From contig DAZE01000005.1 of assembly GCA_002507175.1 (NCBI GenBank), forward strand, positions 20,980 to 84,979: 64,000 bases of DNA, in the 5' to 3' direction. Made by a program: the position numbers and the translations under genes. Below the pieces are notes generated by a model that was not told the origin of the DNA, made no database searches, and was given only the letters and a program-made list of their open reading frames with translations. This DNA comes from Euryarchaeota archaeon UBA558 (GTDB lineage: Archaea; Thermoplasmatota; Poseidoniia; Poseidoniales; Thalassarchaeaceae). Positions 44,070 to 52,639 of this stretch are shown here, one piece after another (position 1 is the stretch's first letter; each line of letters starts with the position of its first letter).

Positions 44070-45895
44070 TGTCCACCTTCTAGATCATCTGCATCCAAGA
44101 GTTCGATCAGATCCTCTGGGATGGGAGGATAGCTTCTGTGTTCTATTTGCATTTCTCCTTGTTCGTTCCTGGAAATGACGCTGTTCAGGCTCCCCCATTT
44201 CTCATGATCCGGTACGGGATAGTCTTCTCTTGTGTGGCCTCCTCGACTTTCCTCGCGCTCCAATGCTGCGAGAGCGCACATCTTACTGACGTCTATCATC
44301 GCCTCCAATTCAAGTGCTTGATGCCATCCAGGATTGTAGATCACTCCCCCTCCGGGTGAGGAGTTCGCCGATCTTGCTCTCAAGGCCTCTAGATCATTCA
44401 ATGCCTCTTCCAAAGACTCTTGGTTTCTGATTATGCCCACCTTCTCCTGCATCATATCCCTCAAATCGTTGACGATGACGGCAGGATTCTCCCCTCCGCT
44501 GCGAGACAATGGGGCCATCATCTTCGCTATCGCGGAATCAACGTCTTCAGCAGCAATCTCCGTCCATGAATCGATTGTCGTAGCGGACTTAGCCGCATGG
44601 AGGCCTGCGCGCCTCCCAAAGGTTACTAGATCGGAGAGTGAATTCCCACCCAGTCTGTTGGCACCATGGAGTCCAGTCGCTGCTTCGCCTGCAGCAAAAA
44701 GTCCCTTCACAGTCGACTCCTGGGTTTCAGGGTCGACCTTTACCCCACCCATGACGTAGTGAGCCGTGGGGCCCACCTCCATTGGTTGTTTGGTTATGTC
44801 GACTCCTGCGAGCTCTTTGAATTGGTGGTACATGCCGGGGAGCTTCCTCTTAATCTGGTCTGGAGGTCTCCATGAAATATCTAGATAGGCGCCACCATGT
44901 TCACTGGCTCTACCTGCAGCCTTCTCGCTGTTAATGGCCTTGGCAACTACATCCCTGGTTAGCAGTTCGGGGGGCCTTCTTTTGGTTGCTTGTTGATCAG
45001 ATATGACCTCTTGGACCCATGCCAGTGCCTCTTCCTCGGTATCTGCAAACTCCTCTTCATACATCTCTGGGACGTAGTTGAACATGAACCTCTTACCTTC
45101 TGAATTCTGGAGCATACCTCCCTCTCCCCTGACACCCTCGGTGACTAGAATTCCCTTTACACTAGGGGGCCAAATCATTCCGGTGGGGTGGAATTGAACG
45201 AACTCCATGTCACCCATCTCCGCCCCGGCCCAGTAGGCGAGTGCATGCCCGTCGCCTGTATATTCCCATGATCCAGAACAGACAGACCAACATCGAGTGA
45301 TTCCCCCTGTGGCAAGAACGATCGATTTTGCCTTGAACAGATGGACCCTCCCCCTCTGTCTGTCATATGCCAAGCATCCAATTACCCTATCACCCTCTTT
45401 GAATAGCTCGCACACTGTAAATTCCATGAAAACATCCATGCCCATGTGGACACCTTTCTCCTGCAAGGTACGGATGATCTCCAGGCCCGTAGCGTCTCCG
45501 ATGTGGGCCAGCCTGGGGTACGTGTGACCACCGAAGTTCCTCTGATTTATCCTGCCCTTCTTGGTCCTGTCAAACACAGCACCCCACGTCTCTAGCTCTC
45601 TGATTCGATCTGGAGCTTCCTTCGCATGGATCTGGGCCATTCGCCAATCATTGAGGTACTTCCCACCCTTCATAGTATCTCTAAAGTGGGTTTTCCATGA
45701 GTCTCGAGCATCCTTGTTGCCGAGGGCCGCTGCTGCCCCTCCCTCGGCCATCACGGTGTGGGCTTTACCAAGCATCGACTTGCAGATCAATGCAACGCTC
45801 ACGCCCATGGAACTGGCCTCTATTGCTGCTCTGAGGCCAGCCCCCCCAGCCCCAATTACGATGACATCGTGCTCATGAGTATCATATTCCTTCAT
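44066..45895 (-). CDS. sdhA: Succinate dehydrogenase / fumarate reductase flavoprotein subunit
   Basis: It has the FAD Rossmann motif VIVIGAGGAGLRAA, the covalent-FAD His region, and catalytic segments (HYVMGG, RLGGNSL). It is 609 aa and overlaps sdhB in an ATGA arrangement. Confidence 0.9.
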   Translation of the reverse strand: MKEYDTHEHDVIVIGAGGAGLRAAIEASSMGVSVALICKSMLGKAHTVMAEGGAAAALGNKDARDSWKTHFRDTMKGGKYLNDWRMAQIHAKEAPDRIRELETWGAVFDRTKKGRINQRNFGGHTYPRLAHIGDATGLEIIRTLQEKGVHMGMDVFMEFTVCELFKEGDRVIGCLAYDRQRGRVHLFKAKSIVLATGGITRCWSVCSGSWEYTGDGHALAYWAGAEMGDMEFVQFHPTGMIWPPSVKGILVTEGVRGEGGMLQNSEGKRFMFNYVPEMYEEEFADTEEEALAWVQEVISDQQATKRRPPELLTRDVVAKAINSEKAAGRASEHGGAYLDISWRPPDQIKRKLPGMYHQFKELAGVDITKQPMEVGPTAHYVMGGVKVDPETQESTVKGLFAAGEAATGLHGANRLGGNSLSDLVTFGRRAGLHAAKSATTIDSWTEIAAEDVDSAIAKMMAPLSRSGGENPAVIVNDLRDMMQEKVGIIRNQESLEEALNDLEALRARSANSSPGGGVIYNPGWHQALELEAMIDVSKMCALAALEREESRGGHTREDYPVPDHEKWGSLNSVISRNEQGEMQIEHRSYPPIPEDLIELLDADDLEGGH

Positions 45896-45899
45896 CTTG

Positions 45900-46748
45900 T
45901 CACCCCAATATGAATCTCGGGTCGCTGATTAGGCCCTCAGCGACTGCCATCACAAACAAGTCGCCAAGGAAAACCATGGCTAGAGACGTCCAAAACCATA
46001 GATTGTGATGAACGTTATGACGACTAGAGAACCTGAAAATCCTCCCGGCGATTGATGAAGCCCCTCCCCTCCATTGTTTCAGGGAGCCCCCCACGAGGTG
46101 TCTAAATGCATGACATGAAATGACATACATCGTAAGCAAGAAAGATTCGATCGCAAGGACAAAGGTCCCGACAGAAAGCCCCCAAGATCCGCTGAATTGC
46201 ATTGTGTGGACGACGTCATAGTACTTCATCGACAGTATAATGATGGCAAGATACAGCATGTACCGATGAAGATTGTTGAAAATGAAAATGCCCCTCTCGC
46301 CGGAGTAGCCGAGAGTATGGTTGATGTCGGGTTTAGAGACCATACACGCTGAGGGGTTTTGGAAGAAGGATCGGTGGTACACCTTCCGCATGTAGTAGCA
46401 AGTACCTCTGAAACCGAAGGGAATCCATAGGATCAGCATTGCTGAGTTCATCCATCCTGGGTGGTTGGTCACATGAAAAATGTGGAGCACGTCAGGTGAG
46501 AAGATTGGGGAGGTCACCCGATGGTCCTCGTAGTGTATGCTACCATCCAAGACCGCTACACGGATGAGTGTGTAAAGTAAGGCAAAACCGAGGGCGGCAG
46601 CCATGATCAATGGTTGATTCCACCAATCGTCAATCCTCTGAGTTTTTCCGAAACCCTTCACCAATGGTAGACGCTGGTAGCCCCTCATAGCCTCCACCCC
46701 GAACCGCTCAATCGTGGGCACCGCATAAGGCTGACCTTTTTCCGACAC
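45900..46748 (-). CDS. Probable succinate dehydrogenase membrane anchor / cytochrome b subunit (5-TM, His-rich)
   Basis: It lies 4 nt upstream of sdhA on the same strand. The product is 282 aa with about 5 TM helices and multiple conserved-looking His residues in helices, which are possible heme ligands. Assignment rests on operon position and topology. Confidence 0.5.
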   Translation of the reverse strand: MSEKGQPYAVPTIERFGVEAMRGYQRLPLVKGFGKTQRIDDWWNQPLIMAAALGFALLYTLIRVAVLDGSIHYEDHRVTSPIFSPDVLHIFHVTNHPGWMNSAMLILWIPFGFRGTCYYMRKVYHRSFFQNPSACMVSKPDINHTLGYSGERGIFIFNNLHRYMLYLAIIILSMKYYDVVHTMQFSGSWGLSVGTFVLAIESFLLTMYVISCHAFRHLVGGSLKQWRGGASSIAGRIFRFSSRHNVHHNLWFWTSLAMVFLGDLFVMAVAEGLISDPRFILG

Positions 46749-46793
46749 ACCTGACCAAGAAAATTTTAATCCAATATTGAGTGAATAAAACCA

Positions 46794-46901
46794 ATGTCCG
46801 ACGATGTGACATCATCGATCTGTTTGGAGTGCGGATTCATGCCGGGGGCGTTTCTTCCCGGACTGCCATGCCCCGTATGTGGTGAGTTGATGTTTCCATG
46901 A
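46794..46901 (+). CDS. Unannotated 35-aa zinc-ribbon mini-protein
   Basis: The product is MSDDVTSSICLECGFMPGAFLPGLPCPVCGELMFP, with CxxC…CxxC. An AT-rich TATA-like aaaattttaat (46761-46770) lies 24-33 nt upstream, consistent with a leaderless start. The ORF is below the 60-aa cutoff of the ORF track. Confidence 0.4.
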   Translation: MSDDVTSSICLECGFMPGAFLPGLPCPVCGELMFP

Positions 46902-46902
46902 G

Positions 46903-47460
46903 TCACCATGGGTACTTCCAAACCCAAAGTATGCCATCATTCACAATTACCTGAACACCGAGCATCAATCCGCCGATGAAGGGAAGGATGCCTGTCCCTT
47001 CAACTCCACTTTGCCATGCTACCCAACCCATCATGATCAGCAGGACATTTCCACAAACTACCAGCCACAAGTTCCCGATCACGAGCCATTGAGTCAGGGC
47101 GGTGTTAGTTTCTATGTGGATCCTAGTTAACTCGAGCCAAAGCATCGACGGAATTAGAATGAGCAGCATCGCAATGAGTAGCCTTGCATGCCCCCCTGTG
47201 TCGACTTTTCCACTCCATGGCCACCCGATTCCTTCCACAACTGAATATTCCCAAGAGAACAAAAGATGCCACCATGCGATCAAAAAGCCTGCGGCAGCTA
47301 CGAACATGCAGGTCACGTTCAATGGCCTCCAAGATTCTGGGATGCCACCCCAGAGAGACATAGGATCCTCCATCCTTCGCAATCCAATCACGTATGATGC
47401 CAGTACCATTGGTCCAAGTATGAAAACAACCGTGCGGACTAACTCTCTTGAGACTTCCAT
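46903..47460 (-). CDS. Hypothetical membrane protein (185 aa, ~5 TM, Trp-rich)
   Basis: Hydrophobic helices are present throughout. There is no recognisable motif. Confidence 0.4.
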   Translation of the reverse strand: MEVSRELVRTVVFILGPMVLASYVIGLRRMEDPMSLWGGIPESWRPLNVTCMFVAAAGFLIAWWHLLFSWEYSVVEGIGWPWSGKVDTGGHARLLIAMLLILIPSMLWLELTRIHIETNTALTQWLVIGNLWLVVCGNVLLIMMGWVAWQSGVEGTGILPFIGGLMLGVQVIVNDGILWVWKYPW

Positions 47461-47589
47461 GACTACAGCCAGTTAGATCAGGTGCTTGAATGTGAGTATC
47501 AAAGCGCATCGTTGGATGTCCAATATCTCGCAAAAACACCATATCGTCGCCCTTGCTGGAGACTATCACCCTCGCATGGCGGGGAGAAG

Positions 47590-47664
47590 AGGCGCACGTG
47601 ATCTAGCGGTTATGATACGAGGTTCCCAACCTCGTTACCCGGGTTCAAGTCCCGGCGTGCGCAC
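47590..47664 (+). tRNA. tRNA-Gly (anticodon CCC), CCA encoded
   Basis: The 7-bp acceptor stem GCGCACG/CGTGCGC and the anticodon arm CGAGG-TTCCCAA-CCTCG (anticodon CCC) are present. The T arm is CCGGG-TTCAAGT-CCCGG with TTCAAGT matching the T-loop consensus. The discriminator is A and the 3' end is CCA (47662-47664). The D stem has one mismatch. Confidence 0.85.
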
Positions 47665-47675
47665 CAACTCGTCAC

Positions 47676-50600
47676 TCAATTATCCTGTTTGGATCTGATT
47701 CCTATTGCTGCGGTTAGCAATGCGATCATAGCCATGTAGAGTCCAAAACCGGGCAAAAGGCCACCATCCTCAGGCTTATCCACACATCCCGTTTGAGATG
47801 TCAACGGTTGATGCTGACCGGCTGGACAGGGGGTCTGTTCCACTGATCCCGACTCAGACGAGAAGAAGTTAGTGGAGGTGAATGTGCAAGAGCTTTGGCC
47901 TTCTAGTGATTGATAGGTGCCTGGCGGGCATGGGATCTGTTCTGTGGCAGCGAGGTTGTCCACGAAATTTCCTCGATCCGCGAGCAAACACTCGGAGGAG
48001 CCGATGTTTGGTTGATAGGTCCCCTTTTCACAGGCTGTCTGGCTTAGCTGTGAATTGGAATCGACAAAGTGGCCACTATCTGCCTGAATACAAGATGTCG
48101 AGGCTGAGATAGGTTGGAAAGTCCCCACTCCGCATGCTATGAACTCAGTTGCAGAACTGTCAGGTACATAATGTCCAGCTGGGGAATCACGACAACTCGT
48201 GGACTTCGCCATTGATTGATACGTACCGGGCTCACAAGGGATTTGGTTTACAGACCCTATCTCATTTGTGTAGTGGCCTGGTTCGACGTCTTCACAGTTA
48301 GTCTGTCCGCTCAAGGGTTGGTAGGTCGTCAGAGGGCATGGGATCTGGTTTTGTGAACCCTCACCAACTACATAGTGACCGGCGTCCCCCAAAAAGCACT
48401 CAATTGATCCTGGATTTGGCTGGAATGTTCCTGATGCACAGATCACATAGTCAATCGAGCCCTCGTTTGGTACGTAGGAGCCAGGGATTGCAGAGAGGCA
48501 TGTTTCAGCACCACTATTTGGTTGGTATGAGCCAGGACTGCATGCAATGGCTTCGGTGGATCCAACACCGGATGTGTAGTACCCGGGTTGTGTGACCTCG
48601 CAATCTATCGAACCCTCGAGGGGTTGGTACCTTCCTGACAAGCAGGGTTGGAAGGACGTGGATCCTGCAGTTGATACGTAGTATCCAGCAGGAGCAAGAA
48701 TGCAACTCGTGCCAGCTGAGTTTGGTTGATAGGAACCTGGTTGACAGGTTTCGGGATGGGTCGATGCATCGACCGAAGTGTACTGTCCAGGAGATGTCGA
48801 TGAGCACGAAATAGAGCCCTCAATGGAGCTATATTGTCCCGGTGGACAGGGGGTCTGTTCCGTGGCTGAAGTACTGTCAACATAGTATCCAGGGCTTGCC
48901 CTTAAGCAAGCGGTTGCTCCATGTGTTGGAGAGTATCTACCGACTGTGCATGGAGATTGGAAGGTCTTCCCTGGGGTCTCCACCATGTGACCAAGATCAG
49001 CAAGGATGCAAGTCGAGGCTCCTGAGTTGGGTTGGTAGGAGCCAGCGGGACATATGGTCTGCGATAATGCGCCCTCATCAGGAACATGGTAGCCTGGATT
49101 TGAGTCTATGCAGGACGCTTGCCCCCCGTCGGGTTGGTAGGTCCCACTCTCACAGATGACGAGGATCCCTGGTTGACCCCCTTCCGCATAGTGACCTGGC
49201 GGGGATTCTTCGCAGGAGTTAGGACCATCTTGATACCATCCGGTGGGACAGCCTACGGGCCACAGGTCGAATGGGGAATCAAGCCCGTCATTATCCGAAT
49301 CGAGGTCACCCAGCAAAATCTTCGCCGTTCCTGGAGGATGCATGATTTCCGGGACCCGAGTCCCCCACCAGGTCTGATGGGAGGTCTGGTTAACATTGTT
49401 CCATGCATATGCGCCCCAGCAGTGGATCTCGTTTGAGGAATCCAAGCCACAAGCGTTCGCAGCACCCATCACTACTGCAATATAATTTCCACCCGTGTAG
49501 ACCTGATGGGGCGCCGAGCGATCCTCACAATCTATGTTGTATCCGCCGCCAGACCCTCCCATGTAGTTGCATATCACTGAGTTCGAACCATTGTAGTCTC
49601 CAGTGTTGCCGCCCCAATTGTCACCCCAGCAATAGGCCCCGGTTTGGTCGTACATCGCACACGCTTGTGCGGTTGTGGCGGATATGCTCGTCATGCTCTC
49701 TCCTGATGGGCCTTGGATCAGAGTTGGAACCACGGCATAGGGTTGGTTGCTATTGTTGCCTATCCCTTGTTGGCTCTCAGTGTTGGCACCCCAGCAAACA
49801 CCCTCTCCTGAACCGGTCATCGCGCACGAAAACACCCATCCATTGGCAGCCTGAACGAAAGATAGGTTCGCCACATCTTGGATCGTGATTTCGGTGTTTG
49901 ACATTTCCAGCTTTCTGGGACTGCTTGTAATCCACCAGTAGCCGCAACCAGGGGCTTCGGTTATAGGATCAGGATCAACAATATCCCCGCCAGTGACCCT
50001 GCAATTCATGTCAGATCCCCAGCAATACATCCCACCATCGGTGCCCGTAGCACATGTGTGTTCGCCTCCCACGCTTACGGAGGTCACCGAGACCCCCCCT
50101 GGCATGGCGATCAATTCAGGAGTCCTTATGCCAGATGCGCTGTCGTCGCATGGGTTCACGTATGTAACAATCGATCCATCCCAATCAAAGCAGATCTGCC
50201 CGTTCCCAACCTGCCCCCTGTCGTTGTTCCCCCAACAATAGAGGTCCCCATCGGTGCTGATCACGCAGGAATGAGAACTCGGCCCCTGTGAAAGTGATTT
50301 AGCAACGACTCCCTGGGGCAAGAGGACCAGTGACGGGACAAGTTGGTTGCCCCCTATCTGCCCGTTACCGATCTGCCCACGCTCGTTGCTGCCCCAGCAG
50401 TAGACGGCTCCTTGTGACGTCAGGCCGCATGCGTGGTCTAGGTGTGCTGAGACCTCTACAATGCCCATTCCGTCAAGTGCATCCACGTAGGTCATGTTGT
50501 GGTAGACCATTTCGCCTTCGACTCCAATTCCAGTTTGACCGAAGTCTGTCCTTCCCCAGCATAGCACGCTGGAGTTCTCAGTGATAGCGCAGGCGAACTG

Positions 50601-50810
50601 CCTCCCGATCGAAAGCGTATCAAGGGTGTCGATATGGCCCAGTACTTGGCCTGGTGAATTGCTGGAAATGGACCTCAGACTAATCTCATCCGAAGGAAAC
50701 TCGATTTCTGTTTGTGATCCTGATTCAACCAACAGAGAATGTGTTGAAAATAATACCATCATTGTTGCAAGAAGTATGCCTGTCCACGGACCCTTCGCCA
50801 TGAGGGGCAT
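47676..50810 (-). CDS. Large secreted cell-surface protein: signal peptide, RCC1-like beta-propeller repeats, ~14 tandem Cys-rich repeats, PGF-CTERM anchor
   Basis: The N-terminal signal/TM reads MPLMAKGPWTGILLATMMVLFS. Repeated CWG(x)N(x)(R/G)GQ(I/V)GNG blades (CWGSNERGQIGNG, YCWGNNDRGQVGNG, VCWGANTESQQGIG) indicate RCC1/BLIP-II-type repeats. These are followed by about 14 tandem ~33-aa units of consensus C.PG.YQPNSG...C..A..G.Y(V)…, which are ephrin-receptor-like / GCC2_GCC3-like Cys repeats. The C-terminus …LPGFGLYMAMIALLTAAIGIRSKQDN is a PGF-CTERM archaeosortase sorting signal (PGF, then TM, then basic residues). Confidence 0.8.
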   Translation of the reverse strand: MPLMAKGPWTGILLATMMVLFSTHSLLVESGSQTEIEFPSDEISLRSISSNSPGQVLGHIDTLDTLSIGRQFACAITENSSVLCWGRTDFGQTGIGVEGEMVYHNMTYVDALDGMGIVEVSAHLDHACGLTSQGAVYCWGSNERGQIGNGQIGGNQLVPSLVLLPQGVVAKSLSQGPSSHSCVISTDGDLYCWGNNDRGQVGNGQICFDWDGSIVTYVNPCDDSASGIRTPELIAMPGGVSVTSVSVGGEHTCATGTDGGMYCWGSDMNCRVTGGDIVDPDPITEAPGCGYWWITSSPRKLEMSNTEITIQDVANLSFVQAANGWVFSCAMTGSGEGVCWGANTESQQGIGNNSNQPYAVVPTLIQGPSGESMTSISATTAQACAMYDQTGAYCWGDNWGGNTGDYNGSNSVICNYMGGSGGGYNIDCEDRSAPHQVYTGGNYIAVVMGAANACGLDSSNEIHCWGAYAWNNVNQTSHQTWWGTRVPEIMHPPGTAKILLGDLDSDNDGLDSPFDLWPVGCPTGWYQDGPNSCEESPPGHYAEGGQPGILVICESGTYQPDGGQASCIDSNPGYHVPDEGALSQTICPAGSYQPNSGASTCILADLGHMVETPGKTFQSPCTVGRYSPTHGATACLRASPGYYVDSTSATEQTPCPPGQYSSIEGSISCSSTSPGQYTSVDASTHPETCQPGSYQPNSAGTSCILAPAGYYVSTAGSTSFQPCLSGRYQPLEGSIDCEVTQPGYYTSGVGSTEAIACSPGSYQPNSGAETCLSAIPGSYVPNEGSIDYVICASGTFQPNPGSIECFLGDAGHYVVGEGSQNQIPCPLTTYQPLSGQTNCEDVEPGHYTNEIGSVNQIPCEPGTYQSMAKSTSCRDSPAGHYVPDSSATEFIACGVGTFQPISASTSCIQADSGHFVDSNSQLSQTACEKGTYQPNIGSSECLLADRGNFVDNLAATEQIPCPPGTYQSLEGQSSCTFTSTNFFSSESGSVEQTPCPAGQHQPLTSQTGCVDKPEDGGLLPGFGLYMAMIALLTAAIGIRSKQDN

Positions 50811-50871
50811 AGTGGCCGGGGGAAAATAGAAGTTTTCACTAAATCCACGACGGCATTGCCCTCTGGACCAA

Positions 50872-52524
50872 TCAAGCCAAGGACTCGTAGTTCACTTCGG
50901 CTTCTTCTATGTGGATCTCATCAACGTCCATCTGGGCAAGCTGCAGCTTACCCGATAGCTCATCGTTCACCGCATGCCAGTAGGAGTAGGACTCGATTAC
51001 CCAGATCCCAGACTCACGTGTGCCGTTTCCTGACCCCTTGACTCCACCGAACGGTAGATGCGCCTCTGCTCCAGTTGTGGAGTTGTTAATCCCCGTCATC
51101 CCCGCCTTTATTCCAGTTTTGAACCTGTAGGCCTCCAGCCTGTCGTTAGTGTAGATAGCACTGGACAACCCATATGGCGAGGCATTCGCCAAGTGTAGGG
51201 CATGATCGAAATCTCTGGCTTTGACAATGGTGATAGCAGGGCCGAAAATTTCCTCGTGGAAGCAATCCATGTCTTCGGTCACGCCCGTATAGACATGAGG
51301 CCACATGTACACACCTTCCTCGGCATCCGCTACGAAACCGACTGGCGCCGAGTCTTTGGTGATCCGACCGTCTCCGTAGATGAGATCAGCACCACTGGTC
51401 TCGCACACCTCAAGGCTTTGAAGGAACTCCTCGGCGTATTTTGATGAGAGCATTGGGCCGTAGAGAACGTCATCGTACCTCATCGAATCACCAATCTTGG
51501 TATTCTTGACTTTCTCCATGAACAACCCCATAAAGTCGTCATAGATGTTCTCATGGATGATCAGGTTTCCTAGGCTGGTACATCTTTGTCCAGCCGTTCC
51601 GAATCCAGCCCAGTAGGCACCCTCGACTGCATTTTCAAGGTTCGCTGATGGCATGACTACCAAGGGATTTTTTCCACCAAGTTCCAAGGAGCAGGAGACT
51701 AGATTCCGTCCGCAAATCTCCCCAATCATCTTCCCAACTGCTGTGGACCCCGTGAATGATATTTTGTTCACGAGACCCTCGTCAACTGCATCCACGAGGT
51801 ATTGGCCTGCCCCACTTCCTTTCCCATGAACGAGATTTATCACCCCGTCAGGAAGTCCAGCCTCATGCATGATCCTTGCCAGCGCAAAGGACAAGAGTGG
51901 AGAATCCTGCGGGGATTTCCAGACGCAGGTGTTGCCGCACATGATTGCAGGAATCATCTTCCAGAATGGGACGGCTGATGGGAAGTTGCATGAGTTGATG
52001 ATACCACAGACTCCTAAAGGCCTTCTGTAAGTGAATAGCTCTTTGTCCGGAAGCTCACTGTTAACCGTCTGGCCGTAGAGCCTTCTTCCCTCAGATTGGA
52101 AGAAGAGACAGGTGTCTATGGCTTCTTGAATTTCACCCGCACTCTCTTTCAAGGTCTTCCCTATTTCCCTTGTTTCTAGCCTAACCAAGGCATCTTTTCT
52201 GTCCATAAGCAACCGGCCCATGTTTCCGATGATTTGCCCCCTGGTAGGTGCAGGTGTTCCCGCCCAGGAGGAGAAGGCTGATTTTGCGGCCTTCAATGCA
52301 TCATGAACATCCACTTTGGTTGATAGGGGGAATTCACCCAAGATATCTGACAACAACGCAGGATTACTGGAAGTGAATGTTGCACCGTCTGAGGCAGCTT
52401 CTAATTTTCCATTGATTATGTTGTACCCACGAATCATCGGCAAGCCGTTGGGGTTGTCGTTTTGCATGAACTCAAAATCTGCTGCTAGGACGTGTGTCAT
52501 GACCCTCGCAGTCACACCCTTCAA
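50872..52524 (-). CDS. Aldehyde dehydrogenase, ALDH7-like (alpha-aminoadipic/piperideine-6-carboxylate semialdehyde dehydrogenase-like)
   Basis: The catalytic Glu box is LELGGKNP and the Cys box is GTAGQRCTS, with SFTGSTAVGKMIG. Several segments align to the ALDH7 family in particular (GIINSCNFPSAVPFWKMIPAIMCGNTCVWK, GLSSAIYTND). The substrate is inferred. Confidence 0.75.
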   Translation of the reverse strand: MKGVTARVMTHVLAADFEFMQNDNPNGLPMIRGYNIINGKLEAASDGATFTSSNPALLSDILGEFPLSTKVDVHDALKAAKSAFSSWAGTPAPTRGQIIGNMGRLLMDRKDALVRLETREIGKTLKESAGEIQEAIDTCLFFQSEGRRLYGQTVNSELPDKELFTYRRPLGVCGIINSCNFPSAVPFWKMIPAIMCGNTCVWKSPQDSPLLSFALARIMHEAGLPDGVINLVHGKGSGAGQYLVDAVDEGLVNKISFTGSTAVGKMIGEICGRNLVSCSLELGGKNPLVVMPSANLENAVEGAYWAGFGTAGQRCTSLGNLIIHENIYDDFMGLFMEKVKNTKIGDSMRYDDVLYGPMLSSKYAEEFLQSLEVCETSGADLIYGDGRITKDSAPVGFVADAEEGVYMWPHVYTGVTEDMDCFHEEIFGPAITIVKARDFDHALHLANASPYGLSSAIYTNDRLEAYRFKTGIKAGMTGINNSTTGAEAHLPFGGVKGSGNGTRESGIWVIESYSYWHAVNDELSGKLQLAQMDVDEIHIEEAEVNYESLA

Positions 52525-52639
52525 ATGAATGCTGCTAAAACCGTTCGGTGAAGGTTATCACAAATACTGAGCCAATATCGAACTTAATGTATGGGGGTTT
52601 AAGGGGGGCGCAGTCCTTAGGCGACTCCGAGGAACAACC

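Noticed and set aside
47676-50810. Eukaryotic contamination suggested by RCC1-like and ephrin-receptor-like repeats
   Set aside because: The protein has an archaeal PGF-CTERM sorting signal. It shares codon and GC usage with its neighbours. It is flanked by a tRNA and archaeal-type genes on one contiguous sequence.
47882-50829. Many plus-strand ORFs (e.g. 49403-49888, 50330-50584) antisense to the PGF-CTERM surface-protein gene
   Set aside because: The Cys-repeat coding region is GC- and Cys/Pro-codon-rich, which gives long spurious antisense ORFs (Cys/Arg/Ser-rich).
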